From NCBI RefSeq assembly GCF_009914755.1, contig NC_060934.1: DNA of 64,000 nucleotides, one strand, 5' to 3'. This document shows positions 61,690-64,000 of this stretch, one piece after another; within the stretch, counting starts at the first letter, position 1, and every line of letters starts with the position of its first letter. The notes beneath the pieces were generated by a model. The model saw only the letters and a list, made by a program, of their open reading frames with translations, was not told the DNA's origin and did no database searches. The DNA comes from the human T2T-CHM13v2.0 reference genome, Homo sapiens. The position numbers and the translations under genes were made by a program.

Positions 61690-63744
61690 TGAAAAAAATC
61701 TTCTCTTATATTTCACACTTGAGGCTGTCATCTTTAACCTGCTCTTCTTAACGGGGCCTTTAACGTCTCTCACCACTGACGGTTAGAGCTTTCCGTGAAA
61801 TTTGTCAGAAGTGCATGTACAAACAATCCACATGCTCAAAACTAGAGAAATGCATGTGAAGAATTGGAGGAGAATGCATGCTGCCCTGCTTTCACCTGAC
61901 AGTGTGAAGTCTTTTCATAGCTCCCCTATGCCTGAGCCTGTATTTATGGGTCCATCCTGCCATATATTTGATATATATAAAATGATAAAGCAGCCTGTTA
62001 ACTGGATTTAGTTTACGGCTTTTGAGCAAAAGTACCAAATTGAAGTCAGAGTTAGGTCCTTCATAGTTAAAGCCACCCATGTAAGGTGAAGAGAGGGGTT
62101 TATCCTCCTGAAATTGTCAGTATGGCCATGTTGATCCAAATCTAGATGCAGCAATGGATTCTCAGCCCATTCCCATTCTAGTATACGCATCTATGTCCTC
62201 AATGGAGATGCCTCAGGAACACATTTCCTGAGTTCTCTCCATATTCACAGCCGTCTAAAAAGATTCAGAAGGATTCTTTCATAAACTAGAATCTAAATCT
62301 AATATGATGTGCTCCCACTCAGCCTGAAAACATAAATCTGAATCAAAAAGATATTAGAATAGATATTATATTAGTACAATATTAGCATTATAAAGCATGG
62401 TCAATTAAAAAGGAAGAGCAGAGCACTATTAAGATAACACTATTTTGCAATTATTGGACAAGTTTGTAGTTAAACTCTCCTTTGAAAGCCATGGGATTCC
62501 TTTACCTTACAAGAGAAGTTCTGGAATCTTTTTCTCAGGCTCCCCTTTTGCACCCTCAGCATGGTGTTAAGGGTGAATTCGATCATGCTTCTAAAAGTGT
62601 TTATGTTTATCAGACTCCAGCACTCAAGAAATTGAAGCTATTTGGACTGATGTGATCAGTGATTAAGGGGGTAAACTGGCCACTTTTTGAAGGTGTTTTA
62701 ACACTTTTGACCTTTAAGATGTCATCTCGTGCCTTCAAAAAGGTAATTTGCTAAATGGTACTTTTGTAACTTGAAAGAATTAATGACCACCAAAAGTGAG
62801 CAAATTATTTTCTTTTTCACTTTAAGGTCAGGCCTATGGAATTGTAAGTGAGGCCATCCACCTTTCAAAGGGATTTTATTTTATGTCATTTCAGCAACTT
62901 AAAAAATATCATTTCGAGAGCAGAAGAAAGCCTGGGGCTTTTGATTTTCTCTTGTACATTTTCAGATACATCTACAGAAAGAATAAGAAAACAGATTTTC
63001 TAAAATTTTAAACTGAATGTGAACCTTCTCATAGTGCCACTTTAGACCCAACAAAATCCTGAAACCTCTCATGCAGAAGCAGCGCAGCTCTTTAAACCAA
63101 GCAATAATAATAATAGCAAACATCTAACTTTTATATAACATTTTAAACTTGCAAAATGCTTTCACATCCCACGATCTTACGGTGCCAGTTACGAATTAGC
63201 TATGAAGAGCTTTTTTCTGGTCAATGGGAAAATATTTCAGCTGGACATGAAAAAAACTCTTAGCCCTCACGGTGGTAATACTAGCATGGCTTAATGAAAA
63301 AAACTGTGCAGTCATTGTCTCTGATGATAAAACAGCATATTTACATATACAATTCAATTTACTCCAACCCAATTCTTAGAGTCCAGGGAAAAGAGGCTTT
63401 CCCTCTCGTTTCTCATTTGCTAGAAGAATATCTTGCCTTTCCATCATTATTATTTATTTGTAAGGCAAATGTTGAATCACATCTTGAATTGATAGAGGCC
63501 AATGAATATAGCCCTCTCTCTTGAATATCCTATGGTATGGTTTGACAGTAAGTTAATAACTTACTGTCCTTTCAGTTTTCTGTTAATTTCATGTGTGTCA
63601 GCTTCCCCAAAGTGCTTGAAAATTCTTAAAGACAAAATTCATTCTTGAGGCTATTTTTGGATTCTCCCCAGGGACAAATCACATGTAGGACACTTAAAAC
63701 AGCTTTAATTGATCTGTGATTAACATAATTCCTGGCCTAAAGAT

Positions 63745-63916
63745 AGTAGATACATTCGATCCCAAACTTGAGCATGGATTAGAATCACCTAGAGGTCTTG
63801 TTGAAATTCAATTCTGGGCCTGAACCCCAGAGTTTCTGATGTAGTCATATGGAATGAGGCTGAAATCTGCATTGCTAATGATTCCCAGGTGATGCTAATA
63901 CACTTTGAGAATCATT
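63745..63916. mobile_element. MER5A MITE
   Basis: agaatcacctagaggtcttgttgaa...cccagagtttctgat...ttcccaggtgatgct...cactttgagaatca. Confidence 0.78.
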
Positions 63917-64000
63917 AGAACAAATAAATATCATCCAAATTGTATTTGATGATATTTAAGATTTCTATCCATTTTAAAGTGGGATATAAGAGCACAAAAT

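Overview
Primate, very probably human, non-coding genomic DNA. It carries about 36 Alu-derived segments (AluJ, S and Y), old L1M, L2 and MIR fragments, hAT MITEs (MER20, MER58A, MER5A) and solo LTRs (MST, THE1, MLT1, MER39-like). I can support no protein-coding gene: the ORF track is explained by Alus, purine-rich tracts, L1 remnants or chance. Five things stand out. (1) An AT-rich ~4 kb domain at ~20.2-24.3 kb has largely escaped CpG depletion and contains clustered CRE, A-MYB and NRF1-like motifs. It sits among candidate spliced lncRNA exons on both strands, which fits a germline-hypomethylated testis lncRNA or pachytene-piRNA-type locus (inference). From memory the layout recalls the 10p12 LINC00837/LINC01517 testis lncRNA region, but I could not verify this and assign no gene symbol. 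(2) A 256-bp segment at 43.2 kb was copied into an Alu at 19.9 kb, with a readable microhomology junction and target-site duplication (TSD). (3) There is a near-perfect 3x62-bp tandem repeat. (4) There is a very young 5'-truncated AluY. (5) There is a 36-nt plus-strand micro-exon with strong splice sites. Repeat subfamilies were called by eye against remembered consensus sequences, and boundaries are approximate.
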